A DNA stretch of 64,000 bases. Source: Nitrosopumilaceae archaeon. Its GTDB lineage: Archaea > Thermoproteota > Nitrososphaeria > Nitrososphaerales > Nitrosopumilaceae. This document shows positions 61,558 to 64,000 of the stretch, piece by piece. Below the pieces are notes generated by a model. The model did no database searches. It was not told where the DNA came from and saw nothing but the letters and a program-made list of their open reading frames with translations. A program made the position numbers and the translations under genes. Each line of letters starts with the position of its first letter. The first letter of the stretch is position 1. The DNA lies in the NCBI GenBank assembly GCA_965207375.1, contig CBDBMG010000003.1, forward strand, positions 352,001 to 416,000, in the 5' to 3' direction.

Positions 61558-64000
61558 TATCCCTTAATATACATAGAATATAATAGGAGCACAATTGGCT
61601 CAAGCATATTATTGTAGTCAGCTTGTGAAATAATACGTATTAGTCCTTGTGCATCTAAACAAATAGATTTAGTAAAGATTAATTACAACTGAAAACTCAA
61701 AATAATACCGTATATGTAGCTATACTATAATTTCTACTATGCTGGATTTTTGTTTGTATCCACTATAGTCTTTATAGCTGCGTATATAGGTTACATAGTT
61801 GGCTAGGCATTTAATAATTTACGTTTGTATTTAAATGGTATAGCATATGTATTACTGTGCATACGTAGCTATGTGCAGGAGTGATTTGTCTGATAGTCAT
61901 GGCCATGTACACATGTGTTAGAGATTAGGCCATGCACAGGTGACTGCATGGCTAAAGGTAATGCTGACATCAGGCAAATCGTGAATTACTGTATGCATGC
62001 ACATGTTGTACAATTATGTCATGTAATACTTTCAAATTATTATAATGTCACAATACCTGTAATGGTTATATATACGTACGTACATAAGTTAATAAATGCA
62101 TATTTTACTTAATTAATGTATATACATGTACTCAACTATCCTATTGTTCATCTACTATAACATAAAAGCAAATTATTGCATTTCAATAGGAAGTTGTTTG
62201 AACAATGGGAACTTGTAGCACAGATTGGATGTTGCACTGGCCCACTGTTGCATGTGCAACAGTGGGCCATTGAAAAGTTTTAGCACACAATTGATTTGTT
62301 TGGAAGTTATAGCACATGCAACTATAGTAGCTAAGTGCTACATACATAAGATAAGTTTATATCTACATAGTTACTTAGCTATGTATGTAGCATAACTGAA
62401 ACACTTAATCTGAGCCTTAATTAGGAGTTACTGTTAATAAGCACATCTTTGCAAATTCTATTCTAAGTTTCTTTTACTCTTTTGTCTTCATAAATGGATG
62501 TTCTCACAAGCATATATCAGTCACTAAACTTAGCATAAACTCACAGTATGATTATCATGGTTGTTGTGATTCAATCAATACTTGTGCATAATGTGGTTAA
62601 TGTTAACAGTTTAAAGCATGTTATTTGTAGCAATCTTACAGACTAAAATCCTAGAGGATAATAACAGATGTGTATGAATAAAATATCAATTGTTAATAAT
62701 ATGATATCATACGTAATTCAAAGCTACCCAGTCAAGCGTATTTAACTGTCAAATTTGTTAATGCCGTAATTAATACATAGTATTCTGGAAGTCCACAGAG
62801 TAAATTGTCTGATTTCAAAGTATACCAACCTTTCCAAGAAATCTCTACAAGTTTAATGTATCAATGAGAAGCACCAAGGTATAATTGTAGTCAGCTCGCA
62901 TAATTGCATAGCCCTTGGGCATCTATACAAAATGATTCAGTAGCACTGAAAACTCATATAGCTAAAGCTCATAGCTTTATTGTAGCTATAGCTATAATTT
63001 TGGATTTGTATATCTACTGTAGTCATTTAATTGTATCCAATAGTCCACTACTCTTCTCTATGTATTTTGTATCCACTACCATTAGCTAGCTTGAAAAGGA
63101 TTTCCTTTACCAATGAAAACACTCTCCTCTGATTAAATGTGCTAGTTATGCTACATACATATAGCTATAATACGTAATCATAATTATTATTATTATGTAC
63201 GTAGCTATAGCTAGCACAACTTTCTAATGGCAAACTTTCCAATGCATGGCCTTACGTAGCTACATATGATTTCATTCTGTGCTTATAGCTACATATGTAT
63301 TGAAGCTATAGGTATAATAATTATAGTTAACTGTGTTCCAAGTTATATTATTCATATGTATGGGAAGGAGTACGTAATTTGTGTGCATATGTTAGAGACA
63401 AGGGCTATAGGTGGCTGATAGTGTATGTACGTAGGCGACAACTTATAGCCTGATGAAATGACTCTTTTTATCACTTGCTTATGGCATTTACAGGTATGTA
63501 TGGCTGTGGTAGGATTTGACATACATAATGTACGATGTAGCTATCCCAGACTAAGTGCTACATTATAAAAGTACATTTTGCTACTGAGATAGTTGAATGT
63601 ACGGTAATATATATAATTATCAGTAAGTTCATGCAGTATAGCTATTAATAAGGTGTCAGAAATTTCAAAATTGAACTATAGTATTGATCTCACAAGACAC
63701 ATGTACACTTTACACATAAACTTAATTACGTACATAGGTTAATAATTATACTGTACTACAGTAGCTATAAAACAGGGAATATATATATAGCTACTACAAA
63801 TTACTTATGATTATTATAGCAACTAAAACAAAACAAAGAAAGTGAGAATTAACAACGTAGACTTATTACTACTAGCTACTAGCTATATAAATACTATTAT
63901 ATTATTGTTATGTTGTTGGCGACATCACTAAGTAACTGTTTCAATAATAATTATTGATGAATCTAATACAAAATGGTGACTTCTTATAAGTTTTGGGTTA

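Overview
AT-rich eukaryotic (animal, probably sponge-like; inferred from repeat style, not verified) genomic window dominated by transposons. It contains: (1) a minus-strand DNA topoisomerase II gene with 18 in-frame GT-AG exons (about 999 codons, 21404->13023) whose C-terminal exons I cannot find; it runs into a nested TE pile (about 5.3-13.0 kb) that includes a CR1/L2-group LINE; (2) a near-complete rolling-circle transposon (34504->about 26800) encoding 2A-like leader, Zn ribbon, GRP repeats, HUH Rep, Pif1 helicase and OTU protease, broken only by four homopolymer frameshifts, plus two non-autonomous partners, one complete with hybrid ends (5'-TT, subterminal inverted repeat, 3'-CTAG, A|T insertion), i.e. 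a proto-Helentron-like family; (3) a decayed ISL2EU element (THAP-DDE transposase plus convergent SWIM-YqaJ-PHD gene, 36791-41608); (4) many MITEs (hAT, Mutator, Sola1-like, pogo/Tc1-like, P-like); (5) a 42.5-64 kb region of multi-kb degenerate duplications in both orientations, carrying a 4.2-kb non-autonomous canonical Helitron whose ends are confirmed by an empty-site paralog. Most short ORFs in the track are spurious. Family assignments come from motif recognition by eye, not database searches.
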